Shown here: piece after piece, positions 8,882 to 17,630 of the stretch
Numbering within the stretch: position 1 is the stretch's first letter
Layout of the letters: each line of letters begins with the position of its first letter
Origin: an uncultured Chryseobacterium sp.
GTDB taxonomy: Bacteria > Bacteroidota > Bacteroidia > Flavobacteriales_D > Sanyastnellaceae
Direction of reading: 5' to 3'
DNA length: 54,140 bases
Assembly: GCA_964567615.1 (NCBI GenBank)
Contig: CAZMNI010000001.1
Span: forward strand, 1 to 54,140
The notes under the pieces: generated by a model
What the model saw: only the letters and a program-made list of their open reading frames with translations
What the model was told of the DNA's origin: nothing
Database searches by the model: none
Position numbers and translations under genes: made by a program

Positions 8882-10734
8882 CGCCGGTTCTTTCGCTGTT
8901 CGCGGGCTTCTTTGATTTCTTTCGTCTTGCGCTGTTGCTCGGCTTGCATCTGCTCGAGCCGCTCGGCAAAGGCCGACTTCTTCTTCGGTTTTGCTTTGTT
9001 CTCCTCAATCCGGTTCCGGATTTTGCCTTCGTCGATGAACCATGCCTTGATGGCGTACATCTGGCCGATGCTGATGACGTTCGCAATCAAATAGTACAGG
9101 CTCAAGCCCGAGGCATAGCGGTTGAAGAAAAACAACATCATTACAGGAAAAATCTGCTGGATCACCTGCATATTCGGCATGCCCGGCTGCTGGGGCATTG
9201 CCGGCTGGGACGCCATCGTGAGCTTCATGTAGCCCCACGTACTCACAGCCATCAACACGGTGAAGCCGCTGATGTGGGCCCCGTAGAACGGGATCTCAAA
9301 CGGCAACCCTACGATGCTGTCGTAGGCACCGAGGTCATCTGCCCACAAAAAAGACTTGCCGCGCAATTCAATGTTCGCCGGAAAAAAGCGAAACATGGCA
9401 TACAGAATGGGCATTTGAAGCAGGGCAGGTACGCACCCGGCTAACGGATTGACCCCTGTTTCCCGGTACAAGGCCATGGTAGCTTGTTGTCGCGCAAGTG
9501 CATCGTCCTTGTGGGCCTCATTGATGGCCTCCATTTCCGGGCGAAGCAGGCGCATTTTCGCAGAAGACACATAGTTCTTCCAAGTCACAGGCGACAGGGC
9601 AAGCTTGATCAACAGCGTCAAAAGCAAGATGACCAAACCGGCACTGGCAATGTGTCCGCTCAGATAGCTGTAGACCGGAAGAATCCATTCGCGGTTGACC
9701 CAGCCGAAAATCCACCACCCGTAATCGATGATGCGTTCCACTTCGGAAAGCCCGGTGGCTTCGAGGTGCGGCAAGTCGTTTGGCCCGAAGTAGAAGGAAA
9801 GCGCGTAGGCGGATTTGCCTGGCTGCGGCACCAAAGGCATTCCAGCATCGAAGCGCATGGTCGCAGTGCTGTCTTCGCCAAGCGGGGTTTGCGAAAGCGA
9901 TGCGCCGGTGCCGAACCCTTGCGGGGAAGAGACAAGGGCTGAAAAGAAGTTCTGTTTGAAAGCCACCCACTCAAGGGGTGCCTCGGTTACGGCCTCATCT
10001 TCCCCGCCGTCGGTCAGGTAGTCGCGGCTGAGACCCTGTTCTTTGTAGTAAATCGCGCTGTGTTGACGCTCCCAGTCGATGCCTTTTTCGTTCGCCTCTC
10101 CGGTGGCTTTCCATACCAACACAGCAGAATCCGGCAAGGCTTGGCTGAATGCCACTTCGGTCTTCAGCGTGTAGCCGCTCAGGGCATGGCGAATGGCCAC
10201 GGTACCTTCCGTTCCCTGTGCAGTAAGCACAACGGCTGTATCGCCCAGCTGGGTAGGGGTGAAGTGCAAGTCGCTCAATGCGATGGGAGGTAGACCTTTC
10301 CCCGCAATTTGCAGGGTGAGTTCGCTGCGAGACGGGTCCCACAACCGGATGGGATTCCCATCGCTGTAGCGCGTGTACCCGTCCACCATCGTTGCAGCGA
10401 AGGGCATACCGCCACGGCTATTCACCTGGACACGGATGCGGTCATTTCCGAGCGTTACCGTGGTGTCACGGCCCGGAACGGCCGAGGCCCACGGACCCCA
10501 TTTGGCTTGCCAAGCAGCCGGCAACGTGTCAGGCGCCGATTCTATCCCCTTGACTTCGATGATCTCCTTTGCTTTTTCGGCTGCAGCAACTGCGGCTAAG
10601 CTGTCTTCCTGCCGCACCGCCGCTTCGGCCGCCTTTGCCGCAGCCACCTCCTCCTCGGAGGGCTGGATGTACCACGAATATCCTAGGAAAAGCAGGGCCA
10701 TCAGCCCGATTCCGATCCAGTTGTTCCGATCCAT
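8878..10734 (-). CDS. yidC: membrane protein insertase YidC (long Bacteroidota form)
   Basis: ORF 8878..10755 begins with TTG. I prefer the ATG at 10734 (MDRNNWIGIGLMALLF) because it is preceded by a TACCTTCG box. It has a large periplasmic domain and then the conserved C-terminal TM core (PLAGCVPALLQMPILYAMF). The tail is basic. Confidence 0.85.
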   Translation of the reverse strand: MDRNNWIGIGLMALLFLGYSWYIQPSEEEVAAAKAAEAAVRQEDSLAAVAAAEKAKEIIEVKGIESAPDTLPAAWQAKWGPWASAVPGRDTTVTLGNDRIRVQVNSRGGMPFAATMVDGYTRYSDGNPIRLWDPSRSELTLQIAGKGLPPIALSDLHFTPTQLGDTAVVLTAQGTEGTVAIRHALSGYTLKTEVAFSQALPDSAVLVWKATGEANEKGIDWERQHSAIYYKEQGLSRDYLTDGGEDEAVTEAPLEWVAFKQNFFSALVSSPQGFGTGASLSQTPLGEDSTATMRFDAGMPLVPQPGKSAYALSFYFGPNDLPHLEATGLSEVERIIDYGWWIFGWVNREWILPVYSYLSGHIASAGLVILLLTLLIKLALSPVTWKNYVSSAKMRLLRPEMEAINEAHKDDALARQQATMALYRETGVNPLAGCVPALLQMPILYAMFRFFPANIELRGKSFLWADDLGAYDSIVGLPFEIPFYGAHISGFTVLMAVSTWGYMKLTMASQPAMPQQPGMPNMQVIQQIFPVMMLFFFNRYASGLSLYYLIANVISIGQMYAIKAWFIDEGKIRNRIEENKAKPKKKSAFAERLEQMQAEQQRKTKEIKEAREQRKNRR

Positions 10735-10742
10735 GAGCGGCG

Positions 10743-10750
10743 CGAAGGTA
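10743..10750 (-). promoter_or_regulatory. putative -7 promoter box TACCTTCG, 8 nt upstream of the yidC ATG
   Basis: Exact 8-mer (plus strand CGAAGGTA), located in the short spacer between the kdsC stop (10762) and the yidC ATG (10734). Confidence 0.45.
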
Positions 10751-10761
10751 CTCAAGCACCC

Positions 10762-11247
10762 CTACCAAATCCCGCGCACGCGGAGGACTTCCTCCAGCAC
10801 TTCCCGCACAAATCCTTTTCCTCCTGCGCACACGCCTACAGAAGTCACAGCACGGCGCACCTCTTCAACTGCATCTGCTGGGCATGCGGACCAACCGGCC
10901 GCGGAAATCGCAGACACATCGGGCAGGTCATCGCCGCAGTAGCCGACCTGGCCCCAGGTCAGTCCGGCGGCTTCCCGCAATCCGTTGAGCACTTCGAGTT
11001 TGTCTCGAACTCCCAGGTGCACTTCCGAGATGCCGAGTCGCTGCAACCGCATCCGGACAGCTTCGTCCCGGCCCCCGCTGATGACTGCCAGCTGGAGGCC
11101 GGCTTCCACGGCCCGCACTACAGCATACCCGTCGCGGATGTGTGCGGTGCGGACCTCAGATCCGTCCGGCATGAGGTGGATTACGCCGTCTGTGAACACG
11201 CCGTCGTAATCGAAGGCCAGCAGGCCGAGGTCAGCAGGTGGTTGCAT
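10762..11247 (-). CDS. kdsC: 3-deoxy-D-manno-octulosonate 8-phosphate phosphatase (HAD-IIIA)
   Basis: ORF 10762..11784. The ATG at 11247 gives a 161-aa protein with the HAD motifs FDYDGVFTDG and GDDLPD. The longer N-terminal extension overlaps the upstream gene and is Pro/Arg-rich. Confidence 0.8.
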   Translation of the reverse strand: MQPPADLGLLAFDYDGVFTDGVIHLMPDGSEVRTAHIRDGYAVVRAVEAGLQLAVISGGRDEAVRMRLQRLGISEVHLGVRDKLEVLNGLREAAGLTWGQVGYCGDDLPDVSAISAAGWSACPADAVEEVRRAVTSVGVCAGGKGFVREVLEEVLRVRGIW

Positions 11248-12025
11248 CGGTTTCGGGGGGGAGCAGGTCTTTTGCGCATGCGGTGTACAGCGCCGCAAGT
11301 GCGGGCCGGTCGGAGAGGAGGGCGAGGTGACGCGCAAGCGTTGAACGATCGCCGCGGCGTGCAGGTCCTGTTTGGTATCGATCGGAATGCCCCGTTGATG
11401 CTGCAGTGTATGCTGCATCAACCAGGGGCATGAAGGCCTCCCAAGGCAGTCCGGATGCTTCTGCCAGGTCTTGAGCATGCGTGAACATGCGGTTCGAATA
11501 GTTCGAAGCAAAGACCGCCGCGGCATGGGCACGCATGCGCGCTTCTTCAGAGACAAAGGTTGCCGACGCAGCGAAGGAGGTTGCCCAGGCGTGGGCCAGC
11601 GCTCCTGGTTGCTTTGACTTGGAACTGACCACCGTGTGGGTGCTGTCCCAATCCACCTCGCGCGCAAGCGCGAAGCTTTGTATCGGCCAAACCACCGCCA
11701 CATCACCACCGGGAAGTTCTGCAGGTCCGGCGCCTGCAAAATGGATCCGCAGAACCCCTTCGGGAAGTGCACTCGCAACTTCATGCAGGGCGTCGTCGGT
11801 CACGGCAAGGAGGTAGGCATCGAGGTCCGTAGGGGCATCCTCGAGCGCATGGAGCACACGCACATTTGGATGCGCTTTGGGAAGCGCATCGCACCATGTG
11901 CGCACCCGAATTTCAGATCTGCCGTACACCGTGGCAATCTCAGTTCCCGCGCGAAGGCAAGCCGTTGCGAGACCGTGGGCGAGTCGCCCGGTCCCGACAA
12001 GACCGACGCGCGCGAGCTTTTTCAT
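11231..12025 (-). CDS. Rossmann-fold NAD(P)-binding protein with a DUF2520-type C-terminal domain
   Basis: It has an N-terminal GLVGTGRLA dinucleotide-binding loop and C-terminal QTGPARRGD, typical of DUF2520. It overlaps kdsC by 17 nt and forms an ATGA overlap with the ccmF stop at 12022-12025. Confidence 0.65.
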   Translation of the reverse strand: MKKLARVGLVGTGRLAHGLATACLRAGTEIATVYGRSEIRVRTWCDALPKAHPNVRVLHALEDAPTDLDAYLLAVTDDALHEVASALPEGVLRIHFAGAGPAELPGGDVAVVWPIQSFALAREVDWDSTHTVVSSKSKQPGALAHAWATSFAASATFVSEEARMRAHAAAVFASNYSNRMFTHAQDLAEASGLPWEAFMPLVDAAYTAASTGHSDRYQTGPARRGDRSTLARHLALLSDRPALAALYTACAKDLLPPETDATTC

Positions 12026-14796
12026 CCCGGGCGCTCACGTTTCCAACGGCCTACAACCGCGAATCCGCTTCCAACGGCCATCAACACACACCCTAACCAA
12101 AGCAGGTTGATTTGCGGGAAAACCACTGCCTGCATGACGATAAAGTCGCGACGTACCGACTCGTGTTCCCACAGACTCAGTGTAACCGCTTCCGTTGCCG
12201 GATCGAATGCATCGATTCGGAGCCGTATTCCCCATCCCTCGGGTTCGTGCAGGTCTGGAACAATCAAACTGTCCCGCACAATGTACAAGGGCTCAGCGTT
12301 TCCCGACTTTTCCCTGTCACGGAGACTAAAGCATGCAACAAGGGCCACATCCCGATCGAGCAATCCCCGATCGGGCCGTTCTGAATCGCGCACGGGGCGC
12401 AGGCTATCCAGGACCAACAAAATTCGGCCCGCTAAAATGCTGTCCCCGGGAACGACGACTTCTGAGGATCCTCCAAGCCACCCTTCAGCATCGGTCTCCG
12501 GCGGACTGACTCGGCCCCACTTGATGTGGGTATACAGGTCTTCGAACACGCCATGGCGGGTATCCGGTTCCGGGGCATTGCCCATTTGTTCGTTGAGCTG
12601 TATCCGCGGCTCAAGGGTGAACAGAAATGGCCCGGGAGCTCCCGATTGCCAGCGAACTGCACCGTTTGCTTGCCTTTCGTTCGGAAAGGGCATAAAGGAC
12701 CAAAAGCGCTCCATGTCCGCTTCAAAAGAAGCTGCAGCGGTGTGTGCTTCACGCGCTTCGAACACCATCCCCTCGTAAACAACGACATCGCCTGCGGCAT
12801 AGGTGCGCGGAATCCGTTCGAAATAATCCACCTGGAATTTGACGTGGATGCCTTCTGTTATTTTCTCGCGGTAGCTCGCAAAGTAGGGCCCTACAGGTAG
12901 CGTGTCGCCCTGCATCATGAGCATGTCTTCGCGGTTGTTCAGTTCCTCGCTCAGCGTGGTCAAATCCCCGAGTACATTTTTCGAAATGACATCTTTGCGG
13001 CTAGTGGAAAACACAGCACCGAAAATCACAAGTGCAAAGCCGAGGTGTGCAAGAGGAGAACCCCAACTTGTCCATGTGGCCTTGCCCAAGGTGCGCAGGT
13101 AGTCCGCGGAAGAGACCGCAGCAAACAAGGCTGCGAAGAGCAGGGCAACCCGAGGTGCTTCCCACCACGCCACCTCTTCGAACACCAGAAAAACCGCTGT
13201 CAAGACAGCTGCGAATGCAGCAAGAACGCCTAACCTTTTGAACACACGGCTGGGGTCAGGCGTGGACCTAAACCGGAGCCACTGGGCCATACCGACAATG
13301 AGCATCACCAACACGGCGAGGGGCACTTGCACCCGGTGGTAGGTCAATTCGAAATCTGTACCGGGCGCAAGGTCCAGTTGAGCAAGGGACCGCAATGCCT
13401 CGCTGTCCCATGCATCCCCTAAGCGCTGAAGCACCGGTGCGAAGGGGGCGAGCAATTTGTTGAAAACGGGAATACTCGTTTGCCAGGTGATGTGCACGGC
13501 AGACAACAGCAAGAGCAAGCTGCCGACAAACATCCAGAAATCCCGAGACCACAATGCATCTTCCTTCTCTTCGCGGGCTGCGAAATGCGCTCGGTAAGCC
13601 CAGATTGCTGCCACTGCCCAAATCCCAAAAAGGACCCACATGCCTTCAGCCTCCCACCCCTTCACCATTGCGCCGACAGCGAGCCCTGATAGGCCGACAA
13701 AAATCCACCTGGCGCGCACTTGCTGCAGCAGCATCACGTGTCCGAGGGTCGCAAATGTCAGCAGGTAAGCGAGCAGTTGGGGCAGAATGCCGCTGTCCAC
13801 GAAGCTGTGCACGGAGGTGTCACCGAGGATGCCGCTCTTCGTTAAAAACGTGCTGTAGAGGACTAAAAGGAATGCGAGAATCGGGAAGTAAGTCGTACTG
13901 AAAACTCCACTCGGCAGCCGGCGGTTGCGGTTGATGACCAGCAAATGCGTGCCTGCAACCGTAACCAGCCAAGGCACAAGGCTTGAGTTTTCTACAGGGT
14001 CCCATGCCCAAAATCCCCCGAAACTCAGCGCTTCATAGGCCCAGGCTCCGCCCATAAGAATGCCCGTGCCGAGGGTTCCCATCGCAAAGACACTCCACCG
14101 CAAAGCGGGGCGCATCCAGCTCGAATCCTCTCGGTTCTGCAGGCCTGCAATGGCGAAGGCAAATGGGATGGAAACGGCGGCAAACCCTAAAAACAACGTG
14201 GGTGGATGGATGGTCATCCAGTAATTCTGCAAGAGCGGATTCAAGCCCTGACCATCGGCAAACAAAGGGAATGCGGTGAGGTAATCCGTGCGCTGGGTCC
14301 AGGGCAAGCCCAGATTTTCTGGCAGTTCTCGAAGCAGGATGAACGGGTCCAGTCCGAGTTGGAAATCGCCGAAATACACCCCTAAAAGCATCGAAGACAG
14401 AAAGGCCTGAATGCCGCTTAGTACGGCCATCACAGGCACTGTCCATGTGGAGGACCAGCGAAGGACGAGCATGGCCAGCACGATGTGCCAAAACATCCAC
14501 AGCAAGAATCCGCCCTCTTGACCTCCCCAAAAAGCACTCAGAATGAAACGCATCGGCATTGCATTGCTGAGGTGCTTCCAGATGTAGTTGAATTCATACC
14601 GGTGCGTGGCAAACAGCAGGAAAATCAGTCCGATTGCTCCCAGGATGGAAATCCCGTGAACCACAAATGCGACCCTCCCGATGCGTGCTTCTTTCCTTAA
14701 AAAAGCACCAGTCGCGACAAGAGCCGAACCGAATCCCACCGCAATGAGTATTCGCCCGAGCCATGCTACCCCCGTCCATTCCCCGATGTATTCCAT
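12022..14796 (-). CDS. ccmF: cytochrome c-type biogenesis heme lyase CcmF (long form, 924 aa)
   Basis: It is polytopic and carries the WWD motif GGFWAWDPVENSSLVPWL. A long C-terminal periplasmic region ends in a final TM. It lies directly downstream of ccmE. Confidence 0.85.
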   Translation of the reverse strand: MEYIGEWTGVAWLGRILIAVGFGSALVATGAFLRKEARIGRVAFVVHGISILGAIGLIFLLFATHRYEFNYIWKHLSNAMPMRFILSAFWGGQEGGFLLWMFWHIVLAMLVLRWSSTWTVPVMAVLSGIQAFLSSMLLGVYFGDFQLGLDPFILLRELPENLGLPWTQRTDYLTAFPLFADGQGLNPLLQNYWMTIHPPTLFLGFAAVSIPFAFAIAGLQNREDSSWMRPALRWSVFAMGTLGTGILMGGAWAYEALSFGGFWAWDPVENSSLVPWLVTVAGTHLLVINRNRRLPSGVFSTTYFPILAFLLVLYSTFLTKSGILGDTSVHSFVDSGILPQLLAYLLTFATLGHVMLLQQVRARWIFVGLSGLAVGAMVKGWEAEGMWVLFGIWAVAAIWAYRAHFAAREEKEDALWSRDFWMFVGSLLLLLSAVHITWQTSIPVFNKLLAPFAPVLQRLGDAWDSEALRSLAQLDLAPGTDFELTYHRVQVPLAVLVMLIVGMAQWLRFRSTPDPSRVFKRLGVLAAFAAVLTAVFLVFEEVAWWEAPRVALLFAALFAAVSSADYLRTLGKATWTSWGSPLAHLGFALVIFGAVFSTSRKDVISKNVLGDLTTLSEELNNREDMLMMQGDTLPVGPYFASYREKITEGIHVKFQVDYFERIPRTYAAGDVVVYEGMVFEAREAHTAAASFEADMERFWSFMPFPNERQANGAVRWQSGAPGPFLFTLEPRIQLNEQMGNAPEPDTRHGVFEDLYTHIKWGRVSPPETDAEGWLGGSSEVVVPGDSILAGRILLVLDSLRPVRDSERPDRGLLDRDVALVACFSLRDREKSGNAEPLYIVRDSLIVPDLHEPEGWGIRLRIDAFDPATEAVTLSLWEHESVRRDFIVMQAVVFPQINLLWLGCVLMAVGSGFAVVGRWKRERPG

Positions 14797-14798
14797 GG

Positions 14799-15212
14799 TT
14801 ATCGCGCTTCCTCAGCAGGGTCCCCTTCCAGCAGGACGTGGTTTTGTTCGTTGTACTTCGAGGGACACTTCATGAGCATCTCGGTTGCGTGGAATTCATC
14901 GCCTTGCATGGTGCCGTAGAGGTCGATGGATTCACTGTTTTCCAGTCCGGTGGGTTTGGCCTTGCCCAAGACCACGCGGCATACGGCACCCGTTTTGTCC
15001 CGCATGGTGAAACGAGTAGTGCTCGGGTCCACCTCCGGTACATATGTTACCGGTTCTTCACGCACAAGCGTGCCTGAAATTTTGAACTCTGTGCCCGGTG
15101 CCGCCGCCGCCTCGACAAATCCCACTGAGCGCGTGGCGGTGGTAAACGTCGCTATGAAGGTCCCGGCTATGCCTGCGGCAAGAAGGAGCAGGAGGATGTG
15201 GCTGCGCCGCAT
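14799..15212 (-). CDS. ccmE: cytochrome c maturation heme chaperone CcmE, CxxxY variant
   Basis: It has an N-terminal TM anchor and an OB-fold-sized body. LMKCPSKY (codons at 14853-14867) aligns with the E. coli LAKHDENY heme-binding motif, with Cys in place of His. Confidence 0.8.
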   Translation of the reverse strand: MRRSHILLLLLAAGIAGTFIATFTTATRSVGFVEAAAAPGTEFKISGTLVREEPVTYVPEVDPSTTRFTMRDKTGAVCRVVLGKAKPTGLENSESIDLYGTMQGDEFHATEMLMKCPSKYNEQNHVLLEGDPAEEAR

Positions 15213-15216
15213 GGGG

Positions 15217-16404
15217 TTAGGAACGGGGTTCGTTCGCGTTGATTTTGCGCTCGAGCTGTGCGAGGCGCCGTTCGGCCCAAATCATCCACACGAGCAGCCC
15301 CACGAGCACTACGCCGGCCACAGCCAGCACTACGCCCGCTTTTCCCGACCCCAGAAATACCGATTCGGACAAGAGCAGAGTATTCATTGCGATGTCAAGG
15401 ATGATTTGGAGACCCAACTTGCACGGACCCGCGCCAAGCGCAAAACGAACTGCTGCATCCACAGCGCTGTCAAAATCCAGCCGATGACTGCAGGGTAAAA
15501 CACCGCTCGCATCCAAATCGTAGGTGTTGAATCCGGGATTGCCTCCTTTGCCTGGGTGCAGGCTTTCAGAAAAACGGGGCATGATCAGCAGCAAAATCAC
15601 CAGCAAAACAAATGCGAACACATTGTACACCGCCGCCAATCGGGCGCGCATGCCGGGACGGTCAACGGATTCGCGCAGAATGTGGTAGCCGGCATAAGCG
15701 GCCGTGGTCACGAGGGCGCCATTGAGCTGAGGATCGTCTACCCACCAGGTGCCCCACGTGAACCGTGCCCAAATGCTCCCTGTCACCAAACCAGCGATGC
15801 CCAGTCCTACAGCGATCGCGGATGCGGAGCGCGCATAGGCATCGGATGCAGTGACTTGGGTCGACCCAAGTTGCCGGATGGAAGCAACGAATGCCATTCC
15901 GGCCAAAACAAACATGGCAAACCAGAGCGGCACATGCCACATCAAGTTGCGGATGGTTTCTTCTACCCGCGGCTGGAAGGGGAAGTGAAATCCGAGTGCG
16001 TGTTCGACCGGTGGTACCTCCACAGCGGGCCAGGAGACTGTGCTGTCGATCGCGGCATCGCGCAAGAAAACGGCATTTTCCAGCAGCAGTGACCCGTCGA
16101 TTTCCGAAAGCACAAAAAGGTCCCAACTCCGTGCAGGCACTGTGTCGGGAAACACTGCTGCGAATTCGAGTGCACCGCTGCTCTGTACCGAAAGGTCTGT
16201 GCAAGGAAGGACATGCGCACCGGAACGCAAGTACAGGCGAAGTTCCTCGGCAGCATCGAAATGGGTTCCGTGGCCTTTTACAGCATGGATTCCAGAACGT
16301 TGCGACGTGCACTCGAGCAGTCCAGGGCCGAGCGGCACCAGCGCAGTCATAGCGGCAACGTAGAGCAGCAGCAAAGGGCCGAGCGGTTTCCAGAAGCCTT
16401 TCAT
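15217..16404 (-). CDS. ccmC: heme exporter protein CcmC with an enlarged first periplasmic loop and a C-terminal CcmD-like helix
   Basis: ORF 15217..16830. The ATG at 16404 overlaps the ccmB stop (TGATG). It carries the WWD motif WARFTWGTWWVDDPQLNG and the conserved His contexts WHVP and SLHPG. The 5' 142 codons of the ORF overlap ccmB and were rejected. Confidence 0.8.
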   Translation of the reverse strand: MKGFWKPLGPLLLLYVAAMTALVPLGPGLLECTSQRSGIHAVKGHGTHFDAAEELRLYLRSGAHVLPCTDLSVQSSGALEFAAVFPDTVPARSWDLFVLSEIDGSLLLENAVFLRDAAIDSTVSWPAVEVPPVEHALGFHFPFQPRVEETIRNLMWHVPLWFAMFVLAGMAFVASIRQLGSTQVTASDAYARSASAIAVGLGIAGLVTGSIWARFTWGTWWVDDPQLNGALVTTAAYAGYHILRESVDRPGMRARLAAVYNVFAFVLLVILLLIMPRFSESLHPGKGGNPGFNTYDLDASGVLPCSHRLDFDSAVDAAVRFALGAGPCKLGLQIILDIAMNTLLLSESVFLGSGKAGVVLAVAGVVLVGLLVWMIWAERRLAQLERKINANEPRS

Positions 16405-17063
16405 CACTCCTGCCAAAGGTAAGGGAAGACCACAGCGGCGATGACGTGCGCAACGCCCGCCAGAACCACTAAAAAAACCAAATCGGGCCAGAGGATCTCC
16501 CACGGCATTTGGTCCACAACTCCATGGCAATACTGGGTAGAAACCATTGCCACAGGCACCACCAATGGCAAGCCCAAAACTGCCGTCAACCCGAAGCCTC
16601 CACCTGCACGCTGGGCGATGTCCGCAACCACGGCGAGCAAGGCCGCGAGCGCCCATGCTGTGGCCGCCATTCCCACAAGCCACAGCGCCGTCCCTTCCGC
16701 GAGGAAACGTGTCGGCATAAACAACGCAAAGGCACCGAACACCGCAGCGGTCACACCCAGCAGTACGCCGGTCGCATGGACCATCCGTGCAAGTGCCCAC
16801 TCGTGCGGGGAGACCCAGCTGCGCATCCACGCTCGGATTTCAGGTGCATCGTCTGCATGCGTCCTTGCAGCGGCATTGAATGCACTGAACAGGACGACAA
16901 CCCAGTGCAGTGCAACCCAGGTATTTGCATCTACCTGCCCACCGGCGATGCGGTAACAGGCATATGCAGATGTCAATGCGAAAAGGAAGAGGCTCCAGAG
17001 TTGGTGGGCATCGCGAAACTCACGTTGCACGAGGTAACGCAACAGGGAAAAGGTTCGGTTCAT
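16404..17063 (-). CDS. ccmB: heme exporter protein CcmB
   Basis: ORF 16404..17240. The ATG at 17063 (MNRTFSLLRYLVQREFRD) gives a 219-aa polytopic protein of CcmB size and hydrophobicity. It forms an ATGA overlap with the upstream exonuclease gene. Confidence 0.7.
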   Translation of the reverse strand: MNRTFSLLRYLVQREFRDAHQLWSLFLFALTSAYACYRIAGGQVDANTWVALHWVVVLFSAFNAAARTHADDAPEIRAWMRSWVSPHEWALARMVHATGVLLGVTAAVFGAFALFMPTRFLAEGTALWLVGMAATAWALAALLAVVADIAQRAGGGFGLTAVLGLPLVVPVAMVSTQYCHGVVDQMPWEILWPDLVFLVVLAGVAHVIAAVVFPYLWQE

Positions 17064-17617
17064 GGTTCGACGAGGCGCATGGGGCGCGCGACTCTTTGGA
17101 AGAGGCGGGCCATGTTGCGGGCATCCTCGATGGCGCGATGTTGTGTGCCGAGGTAGGTCAGTCCTTCGAGTTCCAGCGCAGAGATGAGCCCGATTTGGTT
17201 TTTTGAACCTTTCCACCGACTGAAATGCATCTGCAGGCAAGCGTGGTAGTTAAGCCATGGCAGTTCCAAACGGTGCAGACGCGCATCCGTCAGCAGCTGC
17301 CGTTTATCGAACTCCCCCCAACTCAACAAGACAGTGCGCGTGCCTGTCGGATCTAACCACGCTTCAAATTCGCGGATGACTTCATGGAATTCACCTGCGT
17401 CTTCGATGTCGTCCTGGGTGATGCTGGTCAAGCGCGTGCAAAATTCAGAGATTTCCGGATGCAGAATGGGTCTGACGAAAGCGGAAAACTCGTCCACGAT
17501 TTCCAAGGATTCCGAGAGCTTAACAGCGCCGATTTCGATGACTTCCACCTGCCAAGACCGCCGTTGCCGCCAGCACGTCGCTTCGAGGTCGTACACGATG
17601 AAGTTCCGTTCTGCCAT
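17060..17617 (-). CDS. DEDDh 3'-5' exonuclease (ERI-1/KapD-like)
   Basis: The three exonuclease motifs are present: YDLEATC, VLLSWGEFDKRQL and HRAIEDARN. The protein is 185 aa. Confidence 0.75.
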   Translation of the reverse strand: MAERNFIVYDLEATCWRQRRSWQVEVIEIGAVKLSESLEIVDEFSAFVRPILHPEISEFCTRLTSITQDDIEDAGEFHEVIREFEAWLDPTGTRTVLLSWGEFDKRQLLTDARLHRLELPWLNYHACLQMHFSRWKGSKNQIGLISALELEGLTYLGTQHRAIEDARNMARLFQRVARPMRLVEP

Positions 17618-17630
17618 GGCAAACCGGGCA

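Noticed and set aside
16405-16830. 5' extension of the ccmC ORF (142 extra codons). The kdsC ORF (11248..11784) and the folE ORF (45693..46487) have similar long N-terminal extensions.
   Set aside because: The extensions overlap neighbouring well-supported genes, are Gly/Arg/Cys-rich, and sit upstream of internal ATGs that give canonical N-termini with stop/start coupling.
17060-17617. The exonuclease as a functional replacement for the missing CcmA ATPase.
   Set aside because: It has no Walker A/B or ABC signature motifs, and the protein is a complete DEDDh nuclease fold. I treat the adjacency as operon compaction.
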